Of a stretch of 13,246 bases of DNA, positions 1 through 7,222 are shown in pieces. Under the pieces are notes generated by a model, which made no database searches, was not told where the DNA came from, and was given only the letters and a program-made list of their open reading frames with translations. The first letter of the stretch is position 1, and each line of letters begins with the position of its first letter. The stretch is from Armatimonadota bacterium (GTDB lineage Bacteria > Sysuimicrobiota > Sysuimicrobiia > Sysuimicrobiales > Humicultoraceae): positions 1 to 13,246 of the forward strand of contig JBQTJP010000179.1 of the NCBI GenBank assembly GCA_052386995.1, in the 5' to 3' direction. A program made the translations under genes and the position numbers.

Positions 1-63
1 GAGCGATGGCCCTCGCCGCACGGCAGAACGGCGGCGCCAGGTAGCGAGACCCACAGAGAGTCT

Positions 64-91
64 GGAACTTTCCGCCACACTTCCCCGTCTA
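64..91 (+). promoter_or_regulatory. Putative ECF (sigmaE/AlgU-type) sigma factor promoter
   Basis: GGAACTT at 64-70, a 16-nt spacer, then GTCTA at 87-91. This matches the GGAACTT-N16/17-(G)TCnnA-type ECF consensus and lies about 34 nt before the ATG at 125. Confidence 0.65.
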
Positions 92-112
92 TTCCGATCA
101 AAGAACGGTCAC

Positions 113-119
113 AAGGAGG
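113..119 (+). promoter_or_regulatory. Shine-Dalgarno site
   Basis: AAGGAGG, 5 nt upstream of ATG 125. Confidence 0.85.
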
Positions 120-124
120 CTCTC

Positions 125-1162
125 ATGGGCACGTTTCGCTCAATCGGTCTGGTCATGTTGTTCCTCGCGATCGCCTCGACGCCAGTCCTGGCCTGCGCCG
201 GCCTGATCGGCCCGAACGGCGCGGTCAACCTGCTACGCACGACCACGCTGGCCGCGCATCACAACGGCGTGGAGCACTACGTCACATCCTTCTCGTTCCA
301 GGGTGGTGGCGGCGGCAAGTTTGGCTCCATCGTTCCGCTTCCGGGGATTCCCACCAAGGTCGAGCGGGGCGGGGACTGGACGCTGCAACGGCTGATCCGC
401 GAGACGCAGCGCGAAGAACTCGAGTTCGCGCGCCGGGCGCTGCAATCGGCGGCGGCAGAAGGGAATGCACGTGTCATCCTCGAGACGCGGATCGACGCGC
501 TCGACATCACGATTCTCGAAGGCGGCGGGACCGCCGTTGGCCGGTGGGCGCGTGAGCACGGCTTCATCCTGCCGCCTGACGCGCCCGAAATGCTGGACTT
601 CTACGCGAGCCGCAGCCCTATCTTCATGGCCGCCCGGTTCGACGCGGAGGCGGCGAGGAAGCGCGGGCAGCAGATCGGCGACGGGACGCCGATCCACCTG
701 ACGATTCCTGTGCAGAATCCCTGGGTGCCGCTGCGCATCCTGGCGCTCGGAAAGAAGGCGAGCGAAGTGGTTCGGGCCGATGTCTACCTGCTCACCGACA
801 TCCGGCCGGCATTGCTGCCCGGGCCGCGGCGCGGTCTGTCCCTCAGGAGTAGTGATCTCGCATCCCCCGAATTGATGCGCGACCTTCGCTCGGACAAGGG
901 CATGGGATGGATGCCGGCCAACGGGATGTGGCTCACCCACCTGGCGATCGCCAGCGCCGCCGGAGACCTCACCTACGATCTGGCGGTCGATGTCAGCGGG
1001 TGGGGCCGGCCCTCGCCTGAAGCCGCGGGCCTGGTTCCGGTCCGCAGGCCGACCATCCCGGGTCTTCCCGGCTCTATGCCGGCGGAGCTGCCGTTCCTCA
1101 TCGGCGGAGTGCTCCTTGCCGGCGCGTGGGCCGCGCGGCCAGATCGACGGAGGCCTGTCTGA
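125..1162 (+). CDS. Exported DUF2330-like protein with signal peptide and C-terminal membrane anchor
   Basis: 345 aa with a strong RBS. Signal peptide ends near VLA-C. Segments FGSIVPLPGIP, ETRIDALDITIL, WAREHGF and a YASRSPIFMAARFD..TPIHLT..NPWVPLRI block resemble DUF2330. The C-terminus has a Pro-rich linker, a hydrophobic helix and a basic tail (RPDRRRPV). Confidence 0.7.
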   Translation: MGTFRSIGLVMLFLAIASTPVLACAGLIGPNGAVNLLRTTTLAAHHNGVEHYVTSFSFQGGGGGKFGSIVPLPGIPTKVERGGDWTLQRLIRETQREELEFARRALQSAAAEGNARVILETRIDALDITILEGGGTAVGRWAREHGFILPPDAPEMLDFYASRSPIFMAARFDAEAARKRGQQIGDGTPIHLTIPVQNPWVPLRILALGKKASEVVRADVYLLTDIRPALLPGPRRGLSLRSSDLASPELMRDLRSDKGMGWMPANGMWLTHLAIASAAGDLTYDLAVDVSGWGRPSPEAAGLVPVRRPTIPGLPGSMPAELPFLIGGVLLAGAWAARPDRRRPV

Positions 1163-1569
1163 TGATCGCGCGACGTATAGTTCTAATCGCGGCGGCGGCC
1201 GTACTGTTCGGGGCTGCCGCCGCGGGAGCGGCAAGCGCGACCCCCCAGACCGTCAACGTGACGATCCGGCATTCACGGTTTCTTCCCGCAAACCTCATCG
1301 TCCGGCGCGGGGCGACCGTGCGGTTCGTCATCACCAACCTGGACCCGATTGATCACGAGTTCCTCCTGGGCGACGAGGCGGCCCAGAATCGTCACGAGAC
1401 CGGCACCGAGCCCGCCCACGGTGCGATTCCCGGCGAGGTCTCGGTGCCGCCGGGAACCACAGCGGAAACCACCTACACGTTTGCCCGTCCGGGCATCGTG
1501 TTACTCGGATGTCACGCGCCGGGACATTACGCGTATGGCATGCGGGGCCGCGTACTGGTCGTGCACTAG
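1162..1569 (+). CDS. Exported cupredoxin (plastocyanin/azurin family, CopI-like)
   Basis: Start ATG 1162 overlaps the upstream stop (TGATG), with GGAGG at 1149-1153; 135 aa. Signal peptide, then F.P..L.V..G.TVRF..TN. Type-1 Cu ligands are H (DHEF) and C-x4-H-x4-M (GCHAPGHYAYGM). Confidence 0.9.
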   Translation: MIARRIVLIAAAAVLFGAAAAGAASATPQTVNVTIRHSRFLPANLIVRRGATVRFVITNLDPIDHEFLLGDEAAQNRHETGTEPAHGAIPGEVSVPPGTTAETTYTFARPGIVLLGCHAPGHYAYGMRGRVLVVH

Positions 1570-1613
1570 GAAGAAGTCTCGCCGCCTGCGAATCCCAGCC
1601 TTGATGGGGACTG

Positions 1614-2612
1614 ATGGCGATTGAGCTGATCTATGTGAGCGGCCGCGATATCGCGGCCCTCGCACTCGGCGACGAAGAGATCTTGAGCGCAGTCGAGGGC
1701 GGCCTGATCGCGCAGGGGCGGGGCGAAGCGGTGCTGGAGCCGCGCACGCACCTCATACCGGATCCCAAGGTGCGTGGGCACTTCAACGTGCTGCGCGGGG
1801 CGATCCTGCCGTTGAGCCTTGCAGGGGTCAAGGTGGTCGGAGACTACATCGACAACTACCGGCGCGGCCTGCCCTCCGAATTTGCGCTGCTGCTCCTTCT
1901 CGACATCAGCACCGGGAGTCCCGTCGCCGTTTTGGACGCCACGGCGATCACCGAGATGCGGACCGGCGCGCTCACGGCTCTGGGAGCCAGGTACCTGGCT
2001 CGCAGGGACAGCCGCGTGCTTGGGCATATCGGCGCGCGCGGCACCTCCTACTGGAACATCCGGCTTACCGCCCGACACTTTCCCCTTGAAGAGATACGGG
2101 TGCACTCGCGGAGGCCGGAGAGCCGCACCGCCCTCGCGGAACGGCTGCGGGACGAGCTCGGGCTGCCGGCGCGCGCCGTGGACGACTGGAAAGGATGCGT
2201 CGCAGGTGCCGACATCGTCGTCGAGGCTTCACGACTGGATGCACCGGAGCCGCTCTTGAAAACAGCATGGATCAAACCTGGAGCGCTCGTGATCCCGTAT
2301 GGGACGATGAGCGCGGTCGAGGTGGACTTGATCGAGATCATGGATAAGATCGTGGTGGACGATTGGGCACAGTGCCTCGTCGGACCCTTGGGCAGCCTGC
2401 GCAGCCACGTCGACTCGGGCCGGCTGACACGGGACCGGGTGCACGCCGAACTGGCCGACGTCGTTGTCGGCCGGCGGCCCGGACGAGAGCGCCCGAGCGA
2501 GACCATCCTCTTCTGGCATCGCGGCTTGGCGACATCCGACATCGCTCTGGGACAGGCCATCGTGGCCAAAGCGCGCGCGCAGAACGTGGGGCGGATGCTT
2601 CCCTACCAATGA
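1614..2612 (+). CDS. Ornithine cyclodeaminase / mu-crystallin family protein (substrate unknown)
   Basis: 332 aa. Motifs AGVKVV..Y.DN...GLPS, ITEMRTGA, a Rossmann-like GHIGARGT, IRVHSRRPESR, GADIVVEAS, IKPGALV and GLATSDIALG. Confidence 0.9.
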   Translation: MAIELIYVSGRDIAALALGDEEILSAVEGGLIAQGRGEAVLEPRTHLIPDPKVRGHFNVLRGAILPLSLAGVKVVGDYIDNYRRGLPSEFALLLLLDISTGSPVAVLDATAITEMRTGALTALGARYLARRDSRVLGHIGARGTSYWNIRLTARHFPLEEIRVHSRRPESRTALAERLRDELGLPARAVDDWKGCVAGADIVVEASRLDAPEPLLKTAWIKPGALVIPYGTMSAVEVDLIEIMDKIVVDDWAQCLVGPLGSLRSHVDSGRLTRDRVHAELADVVVGRRPGRERPSETILFWHRGLATSDIALGQAIVAKARAQNVGRMLPYQ

Positions 2613-4120
2613 GCGACGCCGTCTACGTGCGAACGGTACGGGACATTTCCCTAGACGCGCTCGAGCGGATCGCCTATCAGGGAGCGCGGGTGACGCTGGA
2701 TGAGGCGTTGCTCTCTGAGGTGGAGGCGGCGCACCAGGCGTTTCTCCGCTATCTGGATGCCGGAGGATCGTGCTACGGCGTGACGACCGGATTCGGCGCG
2801 CTGGCGGGGATGGAGGTTCCGCCCGAAGCTCGCGGGCCGTTTCAGCGCCGCGCCCTCCTGGGGGCTGCCGCCGGGACTGGGCCCCCAATCCCAGCTCAGG
2901 TGGTACGCGGCATGCTGCTCGTGCGCCTGGTGAACTTCCTCTCCTGCCGGTCTGGGGTGAGCGCGGCGCTGTGCCGCTTTTTGGTGGATCGGCTCAACGA
3001 GGGCTTTACACCCTGGGTGCCTTCGAGAGGCCTGAGCACGGCAGGAGAAATCATTCCGCTGGCTCATCTGGCGCAGACGTTCGTGGGCGAAGGATTTCTC
3101 CTGGGGCCCAACGGGGAGCGCATCCCGGCGCGCCGCTGGTTCGAGGAGCGGGAGCTCCGCGCCTACGAACCCAAGATGAAGGAAGGTCTGGCCCTTATCG
3201 GCGGGACCGCGGCCTCGCCTCCCTACGCCTACCATGCCGTGAGAAAGCTGGATGCGGCCCTGCACAGGCACACGCTGGTGGCCTCGGCCTCGATCGAGGC
3301 ACTGGCCGCGCCGCTGGAGGCCTATGCGCCCGAGGTCGATGCGTTGCGACCCGAACTGGGGATCGGCCGGATCAATCGGAGCCTTCGCCGCATGCTCGAG
3401 GGCACCAGGATTCGCCGACGAGAGGGGCAGGCGCCGGTGTCTTTCCGGGTGGTGCCTCACGTGCATGGGGCTGCAATCGATGCGCTGGAAGCCGCGAGGC
3501 AGACGCTGGCCCGCGAGCTCGCCGCCGTCAGCGACAATCCGATTTTTCTGGCCGGGAACCCTGGACGCGTACTCTCGAGCGGTACGTTCCACAACCAGCA
3601 TCTGGTAAACGTCCTCGAGGGACTGGCACCGGCGATGGCGCATGTCGGCCTGCTGAGCGTGCGCAGGGTGCACCGGCTCCTGGACCCGCGCTTCTCGGGG
3701 CTCCACCCTCAGCTTGCGAACACCCCGGGTCTTGACCGAGGGCTGGTGGTCGTCCACAAAGCGATGCTGGCGTATGCGGCCCGGCTCAGGCTGATGGCCT
3801 CGCCGACCTCGCTGGAGCAGGCTGACGCTTCCTTTGGACAGGAGGATGCGATGACGATGATCTTCCCCGTGATCGACCGCTTGCTGGAGATCGGCGATTT
3901 GCTCGGAATGCTGGCGGCCCATGAACTCTACGTGGCCGTGGTGGCGCTCGACGAGCGCGGCGAGCTCCCGGGTACAACGGTGGAAGCGTTGCGCCGGCGC
4001 GTGCGCGAAGTCGTGCCGACGTACCAGGGGGACCGGCCCTATGGCCCTGAGATCGAAGCCCTCGGAGTATTGATGCAGGGCGCGGTGTTCGAGCAGCTGC
4101 TCCCAGGGTTCGATCCTTAA
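2609..4120 (+). CDS. Aromatic amino acid ammonia-lyase (HAL/PAL) superfamily protein lacking the MIO motif
   Basis: Likely start is ATG 2609 (ATGA overlap with the OCD stop), giving 503 aa; the ORF track start at 2363 is an upstream extension. Motifs YGVTTGFG, SGVS, PLAH..GEG, KEGLAL, SDNP, FH and QED are present. The ASG motif is replaced (GLSTAGEIIPLAH), so it is not called hutH. Confidence 0.88.
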   Translation: MSDAVYVRTVRDISLDALERIAYQGARVTLDEALLSEVEAAHQAFLRYLDAGGSCYGVTTGFGALAGMEVPPEARGPFQRRALLGAAAGTGPPIPAQVVRGMLLVRLVNFLSCRSGVSAALCRFLVDRLNEGFTPWVPSRGLSTAGEIIPLAHLAQTFVGEGFLLGPNGERIPARRWFEERELRAYEPKMKEGLALIGGTAASPPYAYHAVRKLDAALHRHTLVASASIEALAAPLEAYAPEVDALRPELGIGRINRSLRRMLEGTRIRRREGQAPVSFRVVPHVHGAAIDALEAARQTLARELAAVSDNPIFLAGNPGRVLSSGTFHNQHLVNVLEGLAPAMAHVGLLSVRRVHRLLDPRFSGLHPQLANTPGLDRGLVVVHKAMLAYAARLRLMASPTSLEQADASFGQEDAMTMIFPVIDRLLEIGDLLGMLAAHELYVAVVALDERGELPGTTVEALRRRVREVVPTYQGDRPYGPEIEALGVLMQGAVFEQLLPGFDP

Positions 4121-5397
4121 GGAATCGGATAGATCCTTCCGGCGCCGCCGGGCGGAAAGATCGTGATCCAATCGACTGCACCGATCGGCGCATGTTCGGG
4201 CCCCAGCTCGGCGTGGGCGCGGTCGGACGTCAGGGCGAAGGCAATCCCCAAATCATTGTAAATCAAGACCCGCACCCCTCCCGTCTGCGGAATGGTCATG
4301 TCCAGCCTGATCGGCGAGGGGCCGTAGGCGAACAGCACCGCGCCCTCGGACGAGCCAAACCCGATTCCTCTGCTGGTGCGGTGGCGCCGCAGGGATACGT
4401 CGAGGCCAATCAGCCGGCCCGGGTTGGTCGGATCGACGAACCCGACCATCGTGTTCCGCCATGCCAGGCCTCGCGCCCGGAAACCGAGGCCCTCGGGCAG
4501 CGCCTCCGGGTTCCCCAGCCGGGTGTTGATCTCGGAGACCGGCATGTCGAGCGAGATGGCGCCGATTGCTCTGCCCGGCACGATGAGTTGATCGGCCGGC
4601 ACCTGGGGCGCGCCCGGCGTCGCGATGAGCTCTTGCTGCACGGTCGAGAGGGCGGTGACGCGTGCCCGGACGGGTTGTCGCTGCACGAGCCCTTCTGATT
4701 CAACGTCGAGTGCGATACGGCTCGATTCCCTCAGGGGACGGCGACGTTCGACCGACCAGTGGAACTCGCCCTCGAGCCTGATGGTGCCGGTGACACGCGT
4801 CTGCGTCTGCGACGGCGCCGCGGAGGCCGCCGGCCCCTCCAGCCGATACCTGACCCGGGCTACACTTTGCGCACCCGCACGATCGATACCGTCCAGCGTC
4901 AAGGTTACTGTGCCCCGGTGCGTGAAGCCGCCAAACGAGACGGTGCCGGGACGCGTCCATGAATCACCGACGCGTACCGCCCGACCGGGTAGCGCGTTTG
5001 GGAAATCTTCCAGCCCTTCGGCACCGATCACCCGGTCAACGACACGTCCGTCAGGCCGCACCTTCACCACGATCGGGTCGTCGATTGGTTCCTCGGTCGT
5101 TCCACCCGCTGTCACTCTCAGATCTTCCGATACGGACTCCGCAAGCATCACCCCGGACGCGTCGACGTCCAGCACCCGGATGGCCAGACGGCCTTCGACC
5201 CGAGCCTGGGTGGTCTGCCGCGCCTCAGGTGTAACGATGACAGTTTCCGCGCCGCCGGTGACCGTATAGAAGAGCGCCTCTCCGCGCGCGAGGCTGAATT
5301 GCAGATCCACGACCTCTCCCTGGCCCAAGACCGGAAGGCCGGAGAAGCCGAGCAGGACCGCGACGGCGATGACCGCCCCGTTGACCCAACGTCCCAC
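4117..5397 (-). CDS. Exported hypothetical protein, probably two domains
   Basis: 426 aa, GTG start with GGAGG upstream. Signal peptide MGRWVNGAVIAVAVLLGFSGLPVLG. Beta-rich N-region with P...VRVGDSWT, a linker (ATPGAPQVPA), then a C-region starting DQLIVPGRAIGAISLDM. Confidence 0.75.
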   Translation of the reverse strand: MGRWVNGAVIAVAVLLGFSGLPVLGQGEVVDLQFSLARGEALFYTVTGGAETVIVTPEARQTTQARVEGRLAIRVLDVDASGVMLAESVSEDLRVTAGGTTEEPIDDPIVVKVRPDGRVVDRVIGAEGLEDFPNALPGRAVRVGDSWTRPGTVSFGGFTHRGTVTLTLDGIDRAGAQSVARVRYRLEGPAASAAPSQTQTRVTGTIRLEGEFHWSVERRRPLRESSRIALDVESEGLVQRQPVRARVTALSTVQQELIATPGAPQVPADQLIVPGRAIGAISLDMPVSEINTRLGNPEALPEGLGFRARGLAWRNTMVGFVDPTNPGRLIGLDVSLRRHRTSRGIGFGSSEGAVLFAYGPSPIRLDMTIPQTGGVRVLIYNDLGIAFALTSDRAHAELGPEHAPIGAVDWITIFPPGGAGRIYPIP

Positions 5398-5561
5398 GAT
5401 GCTCTTCCTCCCTGCGCACTGCAGATGGACCCGCGCGGTGCAAGAACCTCCGTGCCGGTAGAACGCCGGCCGTGAAGGGAATGTGCCCAGAACTCCGGGG
5501 GGCCGTCGATGATTTCGCGAGGGAAGCCGAACTCACCGCGGGTCCTCAAGACGGTGACCCG

Positions 5562-7211
5562 TTAGAGCGCCAGGGCGTACCCGTCGCGGCGCGGATCGGC
5601 GCCGCCCTGCAGCGCGCCCGATTCGGGATCGCGCGTGATCCCCTGGCCGCCGCCCACGACCCACGACCAGTCGTCGATGGTGTTGATCTGGTGGCCGCGC
5701 GCGGCGAGCTCGTCGCGAATGCCCGCGGCGATGCGGCCCTCCGCGTCGACCAGCCGGTTACGGTAGACGCGAACGCGCGGCGCCTCGATGGCCTCTTGAA
5801 TGTTCATGTCAAAGGCCAGCACGTTGAGCAGCATCTGCACGGTGGTCTGGAGAATGCCGTAGGACCCGGGCGTGCCGATCGACATCCTGAACTCGCCGTC
5901 GGCAAAGACCTGCATCGGTGCCATGTTCGTGCCCACGCGCCGGCCCGGGCGCATCCGGTTGGGGCTGTCCGGGTCCACATCCTGCCACTGCAGGAGGTTG
6001 TTCAGGACGATCCCCGTGCCCCGGACGGCGAATCCCGAGCCGAACGGCGCACCCAGGGTCTGCGTGCAGGTGACGACGAGCCCGTCGGCATCCGCGCACG
6101 CGAAGTGGGTCGTCTGCTCCCTGGCGAAGACCGCCGCGAATTCCTCGGGATGCCCCGCCGCAATCTGATCGTCGAGGCGCTCCGGATTGAACCGCTCGCC
6201 TTCGCTTGAGCCGGCTCGCCGCGGATCGATGCGCTCCCGCTGCGCGCGCGCGTAGGCTTTCGAGATCAGCCCGTCGAGGGGAACGTTTGCCGCATAGGCG
6301 TACGCCAGGCGGTCGGCGGTCGCGAGCTTGACGGCCTCGATGAGATGATGGAGATACTCTGCCGAGTTGTGTCCCCAGCCGGCAAGGTCGTCCGCTTCGA
6401 GAATGTTCAACGTCTGAAGTGCCTGGAACGCGGAGAACGGCGGGGGCATCGTGATGATGTCCGCGCCGCGAAAGGGCACCGCCATCGGCGCGAGCCACTC
6501 GGGCGCGAACCCGGCCAGGTCGTCTTCCGCGAGCCAGCCGCCGGCGTCGCGCACGGCGCGGCAGATCGTCCGCGCGAGCGGGCCTCGATAAAACGCGTCA
6601 GTCCCTCCCTCCGCCACCTCACGGTACGTCGCGGCCAGATCGCTATTGACCAGATTGCGGCCGGGGCGCGGCTCGCCCTCGGCGAGGTAGATGCGCTGCG
6701 CCTCCGCGGACACCGCGAGTTTGGATCGCGCGTTCTCGACGAACTCGACGTTCTTCCAGGTGAGCGGCACGCCTTCTTCGGCCATGCGGACGGCCGGCGC
6801 GAAGACCGCCGATCGCGGCATCGTCCCGAACCGCTCGTGCGCGGCCAGCCACCCGCCCAGATTCCCAGGCGTCAGGCAGGCGCGCGGCCCATCTTCGAGG
6901 TCGCGTTTCGTGGCGCGATCCGGATCGGCGGCCAGCGGCACACGGCCGACGAAATTCAAGACGTGGCGCTCCCGGCGCTTCGCCGAGGAGATCACCATCG
7001 CGCCGACACCGCCGATGCCGGACATGTAGGGCTCGACAACGTTGAGCGTACTCGCGACCGCCACGGCCGCATCCGCGGCGTTACCTCCCGCGAGAAGCAT
7101 CTGGATGCCGGCCATAGACGCCAGCGGGTGCGCGGAGGTTACGACAGCCCGCCGTCCTGCCACGGCGGGCCGGTAAGCGTTGCGATGCGGTGGGCGTGGG
7201 CTCATGTGCAT
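5562..7211 (-). CDS. Gamma-glutamyltransferase family (Ntn-hydrolase) protein, cytoplasmic
   Basis: Motifs VTSAHPLAS.AG...L.AGGNAADAAVA....LNVVEP.MSGIGG, nucleophile EQ-TTHF, FGSG, GIVLNN, PGRR and GGADPRRDG. No signal peptide. Start is uncertain among GTG 7214, ATG 7211 and ATG 7205; 7211 fits the AAGGAG spacing best. Confidence 0.92.
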   Translation of the reverse strand: MHMSPRPPHRNAYRPAVAGRRAVVTSAHPLASMAGIQMLLAGGNAADAAVAVASTLNVVEPYMSGIGGVGAMVISSAKRRERHVLNFVGRVPLAADPDRATKRDLEDGPRACLTPGNLGGWLAAHERFGTMPRSAVFAPAVRMAEEGVPLTWKNVEFVENARSKLAVSAEAQRIYLAEGEPRPGRNLVNSDLAATYREVAEGGTDAFYRGPLARTICRAVRDAGGWLAEDDLAGFAPEWLAPMAVPFRGADIITMPPPFSAFQALQTLNILEADDLAGWGHNSAEYLHHLIEAVKLATADRLAYAYAANVPLDGLISKAYARAQRERIDPRRAGSSEGERFNPERLDDQIAAGHPEEFAAVFAREQTTHFACADADGLVVTCTQTLGAPFGSGFAVRGTGIVLNNLLQWQDVDPDSPNRMRPGRRVGTNMAPMQVFADGEFRMSIGTPGSYGILQTTVQMLLNVLAFDMNIQEAIEAPRVRVYRNRLVDAEGRIAAGIRDELAARGHQINTIDDWSWVVGGGQGITRDPESGALQGGADPRRDGYALAL

Positions 7212-7222
7212 CACGTCTCCTT

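Noticed and set aside
1..44. Possible 3' end of an upstream gene (AMALAARQNGGAR-stop, TAG at 42-44)
   Set aside because: Too short to support or identify.
1040..1162. Sortase-type sorting signal or lipobox in the DUF2330-like protein
   Set aside because: A hydrophobic helix and basic tail are present but there is no LPxTG. VLAC is a poor lipobox match.
2363..2608. 82-codon N-terminal extension of the lyase in the ORF track
   Set aside because: It overlaps the OCD gene in another frame and is low-complexity Arg/Pro/Gly. ATG 2609 gives a typical ATGA coupling and a normal family length.
2609..4120. Calling the lyase hutH, or a pseudogene
   Set aside because: The MIO tripeptide and the His-specificity residue are absent and no other hut genes are present. 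The frame is intact and other catalytic residues are kept, which argues against decay.
5439..5458. Sigma54-like CCGGCACGGAGGTTCTTGCA on the minus strand upstream of the 426-aa gene
   Set aside because: The GG-to-GC spacing is 13 nt rather than the strict 10 nt.
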